DNA from: a virus
Strand: one strand, 5' to 3'
DNA length: 64,000 nt
Virus record (IMG/VR): IMGVR_UViG_3300033144_002959
Coordinates: 29,709 to 93,708 of that record
Part shown: positions 1 through 9,900 of the stretch, one piece after another
Layout of the letters: every line of letters begins with the position of its first letter
Numbering within the stretch: position 1 is the first letter of the stretch
Translations under genes and position numbers: made by a program
Notes under the pieces: generated by a model
Database searches by the model: none
What the model saw: only the letters and a program-made list of their open reading frames with translations
Told to the model about the DNA's origin: nothing

Positions 1-227
1 TCCACGATTCGTTCTTCAATAACAATGGTGCCTTCAGCAGCGTCAACGATAGCTGTCCATTTGACCTTCTCTTCTTCGCGAATCTCTTCTCTGACAGCTT
101 CAATCTCAGCTTCCTGCGAAGTCACCGCAGCGTTCCACCCCGCATCATAAATCGCACCGTGGCCCCATTTCATTCCGGCCAGTAATATAGTAGCCAATGC
201 CACGTATGCCCAAATTTTAAGACCCAT
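1..227 (-). CDS. Rz/i-spanin-like protein (runs off window edge)
   Basis: Hand-translated: MGLKIWAYVALATILLAGMKWGHGAIYDAGWNAAVTSQEAEIEAVREEIREEE...; one N-terminal hydrophobic helix then a charged coiled coil; start overlaps holin stop (TGATG); follows amidase and holin. Confidence 0.6.
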   Translation of the reverse strand, partial: MGLKIWAYVALATILLAGMKWGHGAIYDAGWNAAVTSQEAEIEAVREEIREEEKVKWTAIVDAAEGTIVIEERIV

Positions 228-532
228 CACCCGTCTCCAGATTGCTTACTCGATGAACCATTCCAATAACTCTGCGTTAATTCCTTCAACACTTTCGTCA
301 AGATACCCAGAATGATAGCGGGAAATCCTGCGGTTGCCGCTGCCGCCACCGACCCAACAATAGGGTCAGTCGGCAAGTCATCCCAGTTAACAGCCATAAA
401 CCACTCAACAACGAAATACCACGCAGCAATAAAAAACGTGTAGTACACAATCAGAATGATACGAGGCACCACCCGATAACAGTTAATCATGTCGGCAAAG
501 AACCGGCACATCTTTTCACGTTCAGGCGTCAT
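227..532 (-). CDS. Putative holin
   Basis: 101 aa with two hydrophobic segments (IILIVYYTFFIAAWYFVV; VAAAATAGFPAIILGIL), between endolysin and spanin-like gene. Confidence 0.6.
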   Translation of the reverse strand: MTPEREKMCRFFADMINCYRVVPRIILIVYYTFFIAAWYFVVEWFMAVNWDDLPTDPIVGSVAAAATAGFPAIILGILTKVLKELTQSYWNGSSSKQSGDG

Positions 533-543
533 CGTCTTTCCCC

Positions 544-1194
544 TTATTTAATGCCACTAGGGCGATCCTCCGGGGGCAAATTATGCAGCTGGTGTTTACG
601 GTCAGCCAACGTGTACATTGCGCTGCAAATGCCTGCACAAGCAGCCTCACGACGAGCTTGTATATTTTCAATCTGTGCAATGAAATCTGGCTCTAGGATC
701 AAACTCGCGCACCGCGTCTTCGCGAGAAAGTAATCGGGATTCTCGTCACCGTCAACATCACCGGGGAAGTCGATCACACCGGGCCTATCCATCTTGTACC
801 AACCTTCTTTGACCCCACGATTCTTTACCTGCATCGCACTGAAGATTTCTTTGTTGACAAACTTACCAGCCTCTCTGCCTGCACTAGAGCCGGGGTAAAA
901 CAAAGTTTCGCAACCGCTAATATTTGGGTCTCCCGCTGCATTGAAGTGCACTTCTATTGCGATATCAACGCCCTTGATCGCGTTAATCTGTTTGACCTTC
1001 TCTCGCAGCGATCCGGTATCAACTCGCTTCGGAATAAAATGGATATTAGGACTGCCCTGATCCCACGAACCAAGCAGCTCAATAATTTTGTCCTGCCACA
1101 ATACCGCCTCATCGTACTCGTTAGCTTCTTTGTACGACGCGCCCTTGGCGTCAGGGTTATGGCCTGCCGAAACCGCTACTGTAAAAGCTGTCAT
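544..1194 (-). CDS. Endolysin, N-acetylmuramoyl-L-alanine amidase (Amidase_3)
   Basis: Zn/catalytic motifs VAVSAGH, NEYD, IEVHFNA, GCETLF, LILEPDFI. Confidence 0.9.
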   Translation of the reverse strand: MTAFTVAVSAGHNPDAKGASYKEANEYDEAVLWQDKIIELLGSWDQGSPNIHFIPKRVDTGSLREKVKQINAIKGVDIAIEVHFNAAGDPNISGCETLFYPGSSAGREAGKFVNKEIFSAMQVKNRGVKEGWYKMDRPGVIDFPGDVDGDENPDYFLAKTRCASLILEPDFIAQIENIQARREAACAGICSAMYTLADRKHQLHNLPPEDRPSGIK

Positions 1195-1400
1195 CGTCTT
1201 AACAATTTCCTCAAGTTCACCAGCTCAGTATCGTGCCGGTGACAACAAGAATTCATGTACTCCAACTCCCACGATTGAGCATCTTTACCGCTTTCATCTT
1301 CGAACGCAAACGTGTTGGTTTCATTCTGCACAGATTGCAACTCGCCTCCGTGCATTTTAATGAACGCAGCCAACCCCAACTTTCTCGTCTCTACAATCAT
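1191..1400 (-). CDS. Small hypothetical protein (DUF5659-like)
   Basis: 69 aa; ETRKLGLAAFI...FAFED pattern; ATGA overlap with amidase. Confidence 0.5.
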   Translation of the reverse strand: MIVETRKLGLAAFIKMHGGELQSVQNETNTFAFEDESGKDAQSWELEYMNSCCHRHDTELVNLRKLLRR

Positions 1401-1408
1401 GTCTCAAC

Positions 1409-2788
1409 TCACTTTAATCCCAAGAATTTCGCTATCGTCAACAGCTTCGAAGGCTGTATCAACGCACTCGTATCAACCGTTGATCCCGTACTGTTATTCG
1501 TGAACTGCGAGTTACCCCGCACACTGATCGAGCCATCCGTACACGTTGCATCAAGCGTAACTTTGCCCTCCGATATATCCAGCGCCACCTTATCATCGGC
1601 ATGATCACAGTTGGTCAGCACAATCTCACCGCTGTACCCCCGCATATTCATAGTCGCCCCGATGCTCGATGCGTTCATACTAAATATCGGACTCTCTGCT
1701 CCAGAACCTTCCGCGTGCGGATTGTTGTCAAACATCACATCGCCAGCTACCGCAATTTCCAACGTGCCGTCTAAGTCACAGTTATGAAAATGCCCATCAA
1801 GACCAGTTACCGAAAGTAACGTGCAGCGATTTGCATCTATTCGCCCAGACATAGCCCCAGTCAGATCACAAGACTGAAACTCTGACTTATCGACATTCTG
1901 CCCGTTCAGGTCAATAACCGGCCCCCCAATCCCCAGAATCACAAAGTTCTTAATCAGCCTATCAACGGTCGCATCGGCCAGCACCACGAGCGATTTGATA
2001 TTGTTTGCTTCGGCATCGTCAATCGCATCTGACCAATTGTTGTACGGGGTTTGCTGATATCCATCACCGACCGGGATTGCTTCGGTATCGATAAATATCG
2101 ACCGCTGAACCTGACCATGAATGTCTTCGATCAGTGTCTGAACCGCGCCGGGGAATCCTACCAACGTTGAACCGGATGCTTTCTCCAATGTCAGATATGT
2201 GCCCACGCTTGGCACCGCCGGTTCAATAGTCACCGGTACAGCATCCACCGCCGTTGCATTTCCGCCGCCCAGAAAAACTGGCGTTACGTTGAACACCGAG
2301 TAATTATCGAGCACGTCATACGTATTTCCCAACCCACTCGTAGGTACTTTTACCAGCAACGTATTCAGGTCAACAACAGAATCGATTGAGACGATACTTC
2401 GATCATCCCAATTGATTATGAAACTGCCCCGCTTCACCAATGTAGCAACGAAATCCGCAGCCGTATCGATTACCTGAATCTTGCCACCAATCGGCGCAAC
2501 TGATCCGGTCGTAATCGCCCCAGTCTCCGCTGGAGTTTGCCGGTCTTCGAATTGCGCCTGATTATTTTGGAACTGGTACGTGATACCAACTAAAGCACCG
2601 CCACCCAAATCCTCTTTACCGGAAGCATTGATTAACTTGGATTCCGACATACCCCGGAAACCATCTTCGACTTTGCGAATCGTATCGACCATGTCTTGCG
2701 CATCAAATCTCGTACGCAAGTTTTTAATCACAGTTACCCGAGGATCGGCGTTAAAGTCTTGCTCGACGTCTTCCAGTGCGGTAGTCAT
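1409..2788 (-). CDS. Putative virion structural protein (beta-rich, probable beta-helix C-terminus)
   Basis: 459 aa ORF, T/G/D/V-rich, repetitive short beta-strands with Cys in C-terminal half; in late gene block. Confidence 0.55.
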   Translation of the reverse strand: MTTALEDVEQDFNADPRVTVIKNLRTRFDAQDMVDTIRKVEDGFRGMSESKLINASGKEDLGGGALVGITYQFQNNQAQFEDRQTPAETGAITTGSVAPIGGKIQVIDTAADFVATLVKRGSFIINWDDRSIVSIDSVVDLNTLLVKVPTSGLGNTYDVLDNYSVFNVTPVFLGGGNATAVDAVPVTIEPAVPSVGTYLTLEKASGSTLVGFPGAVQTLIEDIHGQVQRSIFIDTEAIPVGDGYQQTPYNNWSDAIDDAEANNIKSLVVLADATVDRLIKNFVILGIGGPVIDLNGQNVDKSEFQSCDLTGAMSGRIDANRCTLLSVTGLDGHFHNCDLDGTLEIAVAGDVMFDNNPHAEGSGAESPIFSMNASSIGATMNMRGYSGEIVLTNCDHADDKVALDISEGKVTLDATCTDGSISVRGNSQFTNNSTGSTVDTSALIQPSKLLTIAKFLGLK

Positions 2789-3456
2789 TAGGCTTGCCCG
2801 ATTTTGACCCCCAGTCCACGCAGCTCATTGTCACGTTGTATGCACAGCGAAGCCACGCCATTTAATTCAGCAATCGATTCGAACTCTTGCTTGATAATTT
2901 TATCAGCGGCATCGATAGCCTCACGAAACTTCTCGATCTGAACTTTCATCTGCTCCATATCGTAAGGCGGGAAATTGATGCGTACCGATTTGATCTGCTC
3001 GTACTGAGCAATCTGAGCTTCGCTTACTTCCGTCAGTACCGGCTCACGGTTTTGTTCTTTAGCCCGGATACGCTCAGCCCCGTTCGCACCCATGAGTTTG
3101 CAAAGCGAGCCATCGGGATCGAGCACTTTCAATTGTGCGTCACGATAACCGTCCATCGAAATCTTGCCTTGATAGTCCTGAATCTTCAGGCCCATTTCGC
3201 CTTTGAATTTCGTTTGCTGATCGACGTTAAGCTGACACTCTTGCATTCGGCTCTGCAAATAATCGACCTTTTGCTTCGGGTACTTGGCAATCAAGTCCTC
3301 GATTTTATTTTGCCGAATCGTATCGTGTACTAACGGCATCTGCGCCTTTACATCCGCAGCATTTTGCAAAGGCAAGTCTTCGATTTTCATCCCGCCAATG
3401 CGGATCGAAGCAATACCCTCTTCACCAATGTTCGACGTTACTTGTCCTACCGACAT
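2788..3456 (-). CDS. Coiled-coil hypothetical protein
   Basis: 222 aa, Q/K/E-rich heptads; RBS AGGGAG; coupled to next gene. Confidence 0.6.
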   Translation of the reverse strand: MSVGQVTSNIGEEGIASIRIGGMKIEDLPLQNAADVKAQMPLVHDTIRQNKIEDLIAKYPKQKVDYLQSRMQECQLNVDQQTKFKGEMGLKIQDYQGKISMDGYRDAQLKVLDPDGSLCKLMGANGAERIRAKEQNREPVLTEVSEAQIAQYEQIKSVRINFPPYDMEQMKVQIEKFREAIDAADKIIKQEFESIAELNGVASLCIQRDNELRGLGVKIGQA

Positions 3457-3479
3457 ATCTCTACTCCCTCTTAGGGACC

Positions 3480-3497
3480 GTGGCCCCGAAGGGCCAC
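3480..3497 (-). other. Stable RNA hairpin with C(UUCG)G tetraloop
   Basis: Minus strand GTGGCCC-TTCG-GGGCCAC in the 3457-3511 intergenic gap; no U-tract follows, so a stabiliser/processing hairpin rather than a clear terminator. Confidence 0.55.
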
Positions 3498-3511
3498 TAA
3501 TACCCTAGCTC

Positions 3512-6133
3512 TTAGACTGCAATTGTGTCTGCTGTACGTACGACCGTAATCGATGCGCCGCCGTCTCCAACAAGCTGATTGATATCGAATGGCAGAATGA
3601 CTTTGCCCTGCCGCACGTTACAAACTGTTGTGAAATCAGACGCCAATGTTTTGACAAAAGTATTCGACGTTGGATCACCAACTGCTTCAACATCCAGAAT
3701 CAAATCGTGAATGTTGTCAGCCGCCGCGTACGTCTGAATCAGCTTATTGATTTCATACGTGTTGCCAACATCGAAGTCATCCGGCGTACCGTAAAGCGGA
3801 CTGATATCCAGAGTTATATCGTCAAATACATTCGTGACTTCCCAAACGTGTGTCGTTTTGCCACCGAAAGTATTGCGAACCAGATCACCACGAACAACCG
3901 GCGTACCGCCTGTCGAGAACAACTGTCCTGTATCGATCAACTGAGTTGTGCTCGCACTTGTCACCGTTCCGGTATCGGAAGTTGGCACCACCAAATCAAA
4001 CTCTTCATCGGTGAAGTCCGTTGCAGCATATCGGTACCTGTGCTCTTCCAGCAAAGTCGTTTCAATGATTCTAATCCACGCTACAGGCGGAACCTCAACA
4101 TCCAACGTGCCCGCTACTCTTACGCGAACATCGCCTTGGTTGTTATAGCCGACCGCAGGCGCAGCCAAACCGCCATGCTGATCCTTATCAACAACGCCCA
4201 ACACCCCGGTATCCCGAGCTGCATACACCCGATCAAGTGCCAGCGTATTGCCAACCGAGTATGTAACCGTATTCGGCGGCGTCCGCAGTACACCCAGATC
4301 ATCCGTCAGAATGTAATTCTGCGTGTCATTGTCGTGGAACCCAGTGTAGTTAATGCAACGAGCACCGAACAACACCGTGCCTGTAAACGTGCCAAACGGC
4401 GCACCCTTGGGCGACGTGAACGTTTGAATGCCACCGCCCGCACCGGCAAAGAACAACGTTGCGCCAGCGCCATTTTCAACAATAACATCCGCCGCACCTT
4501 CATCGACAAGAATCGAGTTGTCAACCACAGCATCCAGTGAAGTCTGTTGATCCGTCAGTACGACATGCGCAGGTGTACGAGTATCGTGATTTGACATCGC
4601 TCGCGAGCCATAATTAGGCTGAGCCGCGATGATAATGTCCTCGCCTTCATCCACGTTGAACGTCGCATCCGAATCAACTTCGTACACAGCATCTGCACCA
4701 CGATAAACTTCACCATCGATATTGACACCAACACCAAACAGATCGGTCGAATTGCCACCTCGTCGAGTAACGTATTTCAGTCGCTCATAAGTCTTAGCTG
4801 CGGTTACACCGTTAGCACCCGGACCCTGCGAATCAATCTGGGCCGAATATGGCTCAACACCACCGACACCATCGTGATCAACTTCAATGTCGCCCAGCAC
4901 AATCGTTACCGATCCGCCTTCGCCAACTCCAGCATCAGTAGGCCCGCCCGTGTTAGACGCTGGCGCACCCGCTGTACCTGAAGCATCGCCATCCGCGCCT
5001 GTCGCGAAATCATATTCGGTAACTGCCGCCGCTGACAGATCGGTCAAATCACCGACGATGTAATACTCAAGCGTTGGCGTCGCACCTGATCCGCCGACTG
5101 TGATAATGCCTCGCGCTGTCGCCGCAGCCCACGATGCACCAACGTAAATACCATTACCCACTTCCCACGTATTCGAAGCGCCTGACAATGTCGTGCGTCG
5201 ATACCCAGTCGTGTTGTTAATATCTGGAGCTGAAGCGAGCGGGAGCGCTGAGAATCCACCTGCGATTACATTCAATCGGAAGTTGTCATATAGGGATGTG
5301 TATCTGCGTGAGAATACCTCCACGTCCCCACTCGCAATCGTTACGCCAGCGTCAATCACCTTAACGAGAATCGAAATAATTCCCAGAGAGACTGCTGCGT
5401 CAGTAGCCCACCACTGGAAATTGCCTTCCCAGTCTGTCAGCTTGATTCGATCCTGCACCATGTAAACTTCGGTGCCATTCGGGACACTACCAATCGCCTG
5501 AATCGCGGACCACTGGTTATTGCCGTCAAGGCCAATTTCGGTACTTACCAAATCAACCGTGCCCGCGCCGCCGTCAGTCGTGCACTCCAACGTGCCGGTA
5601 TCCAAATTAAAAATATCCCCCGTTACCGGCGTCGAATCATTCGGTCGAATCCAAACAATCGTGTCACCGTTCTGGGCAATTTCGAAATCCAGCAACGTAC
5701 CTTGATCGGTACCGTCTGTGATCTGCCTGCCAATATCGCCTGTTATAAAATTCGTACCAAGCCCCTGCGAGTACACCTTACGGAGTACACCATGACCATC
5801 GATATCAGTTTCGGGAGTCGAGAGTGACCAATCAGCTGTGATCGCACCCTCTTTGAGATATTCGGTTGAACTCTTCGGCATGAAAAAGTGATTGATCAGC
5901 GTAAATGAATTCGGCGTTACCGGAATCATCGGATTCGTAAAGCCCATCGCGATAAAGTCATCGGTCACTTCAGCGATTGCTGAGTAAAGCGTACGAGTAG
6001 AAATGACATTCTCTGTCGCTGGTGTCGCAGTCCTTCTCACCGTGCGCAGCCCTGTGTTTAATGTGGCTGGCACCGTTATTTCATCCTGAAATAAGATTTC
6101 CCAGTCGCCGCCTAAAATCGTGATAGTGGTCAT
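3512..6133 (-). CDS. Large putative virion structural protein
   Basis: 873 aa, T/G/D/V-rich beta-type composition; RBS TTGGAG; shares a TGxVT...IDT...VxRG module with 1409-2788. Confidence 0.65.
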   Translation of the reverse strand: MTTITILGGDWEILFQDEITVPATLNTGLRTVRRTATPATENVISTRTLYSAIAEVTDDFIAMGFTNPMIPVTPNSFTLINHFFMPKSSTEYLKEGAITADWSLSTPETDIDGHGVLRKVYSQGLGTNFITGDIGRQITDGTDQGTLLDFEIAQNGDTIVWIRPNDSTPVTGDIFNLDTGTLECTTDGGAGTVDLVSTEIGLDGNNQWSAIQAIGSVPNGTEVYMVQDRIKLTDWEGNFQWWATDAAVSLGIISILVKVIDAGVTIASGDVEVFSRRYTSLYDNFRLNVIAGGFSALPLASAPDINNTTGYRRTTLSGASNTWEVGNGIYVGASWAAATARGIITVGGSGATPTLEYYIVGDLTDLSAAAVTEYDFATGADGDASGTAGAPASNTGGPTDAGVGEGGSVTIVLGDIEVDHDGVGGVEPYSAQIDSQGPGANGVTAAKTYERLKYVTRRGGNSTDLFGVGVNIDGEVYRGADAVYEVDSDATFNVDEGEDIIIAAQPNYGSRAMSNHDTRTPAHVVLTDQQTSLDAVVDNSILVDEGAADVIVENGAGATLFFAGAGGGIQTFTSPKGAPFGTFTGTVLFGARCINYTGFHDNDTQNYILTDDLGVLRTPPNTVTYSVGNTLALDRVYAARDTGVLGVVDKDQHGGLAAPAVGYNNQGDVRVRVAGTLDVEVPPVAWIRIIETTLLEEHRYRYAATDFTDEEFDLVVPTSDTGTVTSASTTQLIDTGQLFSTGGTPVVRGDLVRNTFGGKTTHVWEVTNVFDDITLDISPLYGTPDDFDVGNTYEINKLIQTYAAADNIHDLILDVEAVGDPTSNTFVKTLASDFTTVCNVRQGKVILPFDINQLVGDGGASITVVRTADTIAV

Positions 6134-6209
6134 TCAAATCTCCAATTCAAAATACCACCCAAGCGGCGGCAAGGCTATTCTACGTGGCAGTGTAAAACCG
6201 CCACCCTGT

Positions 6210-8408
6210 TTAGTCATTAGCTGGATCGAATAATGCCAGCGAGTTGATATTCCAAGGCACCGTCGTTGTCAACCCCGCTGGCAGTACCTCCCTCTTCAAG
6301 TCCTGTCGAAAATACTTCGTCACGTCCAGCGTCGCAAAGCGGCCAGCAGCACCAAGGGTCGATGTACCGGCAACAGATACTCGTGCTCGTACGTAATAAA
6401 ACGGACCTTGGCTGTTGATTGTCGTGACTATCCATCCCGCCTCCGCGTCAAACTCATATATAAATTCACCAACTGATCCAAAATTCGGATTCGGGTCTGC
6501 ATCTGTAAACGTCAGCGCAACCCACGCACCATTCCAAAACTCCCAGACAATCGTCGGCTCGCCCGCCGTATGCGCCACCGACACTTCCAACTTGAACCGG
6601 ATCGTGCCATTAGGGCCATTTATAAATTGTTCACTATGGCCCAAGTAGTACGCATCATTGACGTCCTGCGGGTTATCCGGGGTCAGAGTCATGTCATCGT
6701 CGGTCGAGCTGTTTGCTTCCATTGTCTCGTCGGTTAGAACCGCGCCATCATCAGCAACCGCTGCATTCGGCAAACCGTTCTGAGCCGCCCGCACGATAAT
6801 ATCGACACCCGCACCAAACGCACCTTCGTAGTTGAACGTGGTCAGAGCAGCCACGCCATTTGAGTCAGCAAGAATTTCCGCGATCACATCCCCGACAGTC
6901 AGCGACCCAACCGTTTCGTTGGCTATGAACTTGACCGCCGCGCCTTCGGTCATTCCGTTCGCTTCGATGGTCTGCGCATTGGTGATCGTCAGATTCGACG
7001 GGCTAGACAGCGACGTAGTATCCGTCGTAATCGTGCCCGCCCCGTTTTGTAAATTGATTGTAATAAGAGCTGTGCTCGTAACCGGATCAACATCAATAAA
7101 AGCATCGGCAGTATCATCAGCGCCATAGCCACTGTTCTGCCAATTGTCGAAGTTGTACACGAACGGCCCTGCTCCAGTAGGACGCAACCTCACGCCGTAG
7201 CCTGAACCATCACTGTTGAACGTCAGATCGGTCAGGTCACTCCTGTTGTGCTGGGTTTCGTCAAGCAGCAGCGCCCCGGTGGCATCGTTCGATCCATTGA
7301 ACGTAACCTGATCCATGTTTACGAGGCCGGGGTCAACCTGATCGCAATTAACCAGAATCGTAGCAACCCAAAACTTATCCACGTCGTTTGCTACGTTGCA
7401 ATTGATTGCGCCAATATCAACCAACGTACAGCTATTCATCTGCACGAAATCCATATCGGCATCAGACATATCAAACTGTGCTCGCGTACTGACCCCCACG
7501 ATAACAACGCGAGTTATAACCCAAGAATTTATGCCGGTCGAATTACCTACCAACCTAAATGGGAAGTGCGTGTCGGCCACAATATGACCGCCCTGATTGT
7601 CTCCAATCCAAAACCACTGAGTATCTGTCGAAGTGAAATAGCTATCTGACGTCCCTGCCGGTGGATTCCCCCATTGAGTCGGCGCGAAAAATCCATACTC
7701 AGTACCCTTCGGGTTGTTAACCATTCCCAGACCAGCGGTAATATCATCAGCAGCCACATCGACCATCGTTTCAGGGGTGCCGACTGTGCCACCCTCAATC
7801 GTCAACGCATAACCAGTAACAGACGAGACACTGTTCAGGATGTAATAGATGCCATCGCACCAAGCATTTTTCGCCGTCGATACAGCTTTCACCAACCCAA
7901 ACGAGCCATACCCGATTTGCAGAACAGCGGTGTGATCCAGTCCCGCTTCTGTGCCGTTATAAACGAAGTGATCAGTGCCCGCTGACCCCGGCGCTGCCAC
8001 AATCACAGACACATCGAGCTTCATAACGCCAAATCGAAACTCGTAGGGGAACCCTGCGATATCAGCACCATTAACGGCATACCCTACGATGTCACCGCCA
8101 GCACCATCGGCCCCATCGCCAAACGCGATCAGCCCACCGACGTTCCCAAAAAGCTCTCCGAGGTTGTACTTGATAATCATGTAGATAGTCATGTCCGACA
8201 TATCTACGTTGAACGTACTTCCGGCCTGATCTTGGTCGAACAATAAAACCTCTTGTGCGTCAGCTACCTGAAACTCAATAGAGTTCGAGCCTTGAACAAC
8301 GGTACCAACAATGTTGCTCGTTCCTGTAGGCGCAGCGGACGTATCGCCACTGACATCAGCAGCAGCTTCGCAGTCCTGAAGTCGAGTTCTGTTGTCAACC
8401 AGACTCAT
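6210..8408 (-). CDS. Large putative virion structural protein
   Basis: 732 aa, acidic beta-rich; C-terminal IVWEFWNGAW...YYVRARV jelly-roll-like module. Confidence 0.65.
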   Translation of the reverse strand: MSLVDNRTRLQDCEAAADVSGDTSAAPTGTSNIVGTVVQGSNSIEFQVADAQEVLLFDQDQAGSTFNVDMSDMTIYMIIKYNLGELFGNVGGLIAFGDGADGAGGDIVGYAVNGADIAGFPYEFRFGVMKLDVSVIVAAPGSAGTDHFVYNGTEAGLDHTAVLQIGYGSFGLVKAVSTAKNAWCDGIYYILNSVSSVTGYALTIEGGTVGTPETMVDVAADDITAGLGMVNNPKGTEYGFFAPTQWGNPPAGTSDSYFTSTDTQWFWIGDNQGGHIVADTHFPFRLVGNSTGINSWVITRVVIVGVSTRAQFDMSDADMDFVQMNSCTLVDIGAINCNVANDVDKFWVATILVNCDQVDPGLVNMDQVTFNGSNDATGALLLDETQHNRSDLTDLTFNSDGSGYGVRLRPTGAGPFVYNFDNWQNSGYGADDTADAFIDVDPVTSTALITINLQNGAGTITTDTTSLSSPSNLTITNAQTIEANGMTEGAAVKFIANETVGSLTVGDVIAEILADSNGVAALTTFNYEGAFGAGVDIIVRAAQNGLPNAAVADDGAVLTDETMEANSSTDDDMTLTPDNPQDVNDAYYLGHSEQFINGPNGTIRFKLEVSVAHTAGEPTIVWEFWNGAWVALTFTDADPNPNFGSVGEFIYEFDAEAGWIVTTINSQGPFYYVRARVSVAGTSTLGAAGRFATLDVTKYFRQDLKREVLPAGLTTTVPWNINSLALFDPAND

Positions 8409-8806
8409 TACTGACCATGCCTAATCGCCAGCGCAATCGCTGCCGCTTCTGACGGATACAAATGCGTTTTCGCAACCGACTTGATTTTGTAAGTCTCTCC
8501 AGCTTCAGCATGTTCCATGTTGGAGTAGTCGGTGCTGCCAGTAATCAAAACGATGTCGCCCTGCGGAATATCGGCCATGCCTTTGGTACCGGTTGGTTCA
8601 AGGAATACTCGCGCACCATCGCCAGCAGCCGCCAGAGCTTCTTCCATCGTAGCGTGTTGCTCAAGCTGGAAGGCATCCAAACCGGGTATGAAAGGCACGA
8701 ACATAATCCGTTGAACCTCAAACGCACCCTTGATCTGTCGCCACAACTGGTACTCCGCCACTGACGGTAGCTGTGTCTGTTCCCATCTTGCGATTATCGT
8801 GATCAA
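8408..8806 (-). CDS. Minimal SPOUT-fold (TrmL/SpoU-like) methyltransferase-like protein
   Basis: VFLEPTG, DIVLITGS and KI...LYPSEAAAIAL align by eye with TrmL-type knot motifs (LMFGPE; SMNLSNAV); canonical residues diverged. Confidence 0.6.
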   Translation of the reverse strand: MITIIARWEQTQLPSVAEYQLWRQIKGAFEVQRIMFVPFIPGLDAFQLEQHATMEEALAAAGDGARVFLEPTGTKGMADIPQGDIVLITGSTDYSNMEHAEAGETYKIKSVAKTHLYPSEAAAIALAIRHGQ

Positions 8807-9354
8807 CTGGTCACCTTCGGTATCAAATGCTTATCCGGGCACCGACATTTTGCTTCCTTTACCGGGTACGGATAGGCCCCAGCAAGCATCGTCACCCGGT
8901 TTGTGTCCCCGTGAATCGCCTTGATACCGTGGATTGCGTGATCCTTCATGACCGCCGCCCAACCAACCTTCGGTTGAAAACAATCAATCTCATTCATGTC
9001 AGGATCGAGTATCGCCAACCCACCGCCAGACTCCGGCACTTGCAAATACAGGATCATCGTACGGCCATCCCACTGGTGCGTATGTGGCATTTTCAATTGC
9101 CACTCGGGATCATGCTTTGGCGGAGTGTGTTCGCATTTCTCCAGAGCTTGAATATCGGAAACCCAGTACAACCAGTGATCGACCTCATAGCCCATTTCGT
9201 CTTCGATAATTGACTTTGCGTAATCCTTAAAAACTTGCGGTACGTTATTCGTCTCACAGGTCTTATGCGCCCCAGACACGTTTGCTAGAACGTGCTCCCG
9301 CAGCATGTCCACCGGGCAATCCTTCCATTCAAAAACTTCGAATACGTTTTCCAT
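8803..9354 (-). CDS. 2OG-Fe(II) oxygenase-like protein (HxH type)
   Basis: PHTHQWD...ILYLQVPESGG...QPKVG...HGI...NRVT: HxH...H...R double-stranded beta-helix signature. Confidence 0.8.
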   Translation of the reverse strand: MENVFEVFEWKDCPVDMLREHVLANVSGAHKTCETNNVPQVFKDYAKSIIEDEMGYEVDHWLYWVSDIQALEKCEHTPPKHDPEWQLKMPHTHQWDGRTMILYLQVPESGGGLAILDPDMNEIDCFQPKVGWAAVMKDHAIHGIKAIHGDTNRVTMLAGAYPYPVKEAKCRCPDKHLIPKVTS

Positions 9355-9890
9355 TACCTATACCCCGTTGCAATAATCGTCATACGATCTGTTTCACCGA
9401 ACACTTCCTCAACGCCGTGCTCGCACCAACCATCCAGTACAACTGTCGTTCCCAACTCTGGCGTAACTCGACCTTTCTCGGTAACTGCATCGTCCTCAAA
9501 GACCACCGTATCGCCACCAGAATCAGGCAGCTGTACGTAATGCACGCACGTCAAACCATCCCACTGGTGATTGTGTGGAAAGCCTTTGGCCCAGCCCACT
9601 CGATTACTCACGTGGCCGGGGTGCACCATGCCAGTCCAGTACCGCCATTTCGCTTCGTCGTATTTGTAATCGACTGCATCCAAACAATCCCGGTAATGTT
9701 GCTTCAACTCTTCCGGTAATTTATTTCTATCAACGTCTCTCGCCGACGTGTTGTTGTCCACCGCATTGTCACGAACTACTTCCCGCAACAACTCAAGCGG
9801 AGACTCAGAGAAATCAAATACTTCCAGTACCGGAAAACAATCATCCGGTCTCCTGTGCCCAGTACCCATCGCAACTATTTCGTTCACCAT
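9354..9890 (-). CDS. 2OG-Fe(II) oxygenase-like protein (HxH type), paralogue of 8803-9354
   Basis: PHNHQWD...VHYVQLPDSGG...TPELG...HGV...DRMT. ORF track starts at 10043; ATG at 9890 chosen to avoid overlap with upstream gene. Confidence 0.8.
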   Translation of the reverse strand: MVNEIVAMGTGHRRPDDCFPVLEVFDFSESPLELLREVVRDNAVDNNTSARDVDRNKLPEELKQHYRDCLDAVDYKYDEAKWRYWTGMVHPGHVSNRVGWAKGFPHNHQWDGLTCVHYVQLPDSGGDTVVFEDDAVTEKGRVTPELGTTVVLDGWCEHGVEEVFGETDRMTIIATGYR

Positions 9891-9900
9891 CCAAGCTCTC

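Noticed and set aside
3707-4540. 277-aa plus-strand ORF and similar antisense ORFs across the tail and TMP genes
   Set aside because: They lie opposite long, well-supported genes and have shadow-frame composition.
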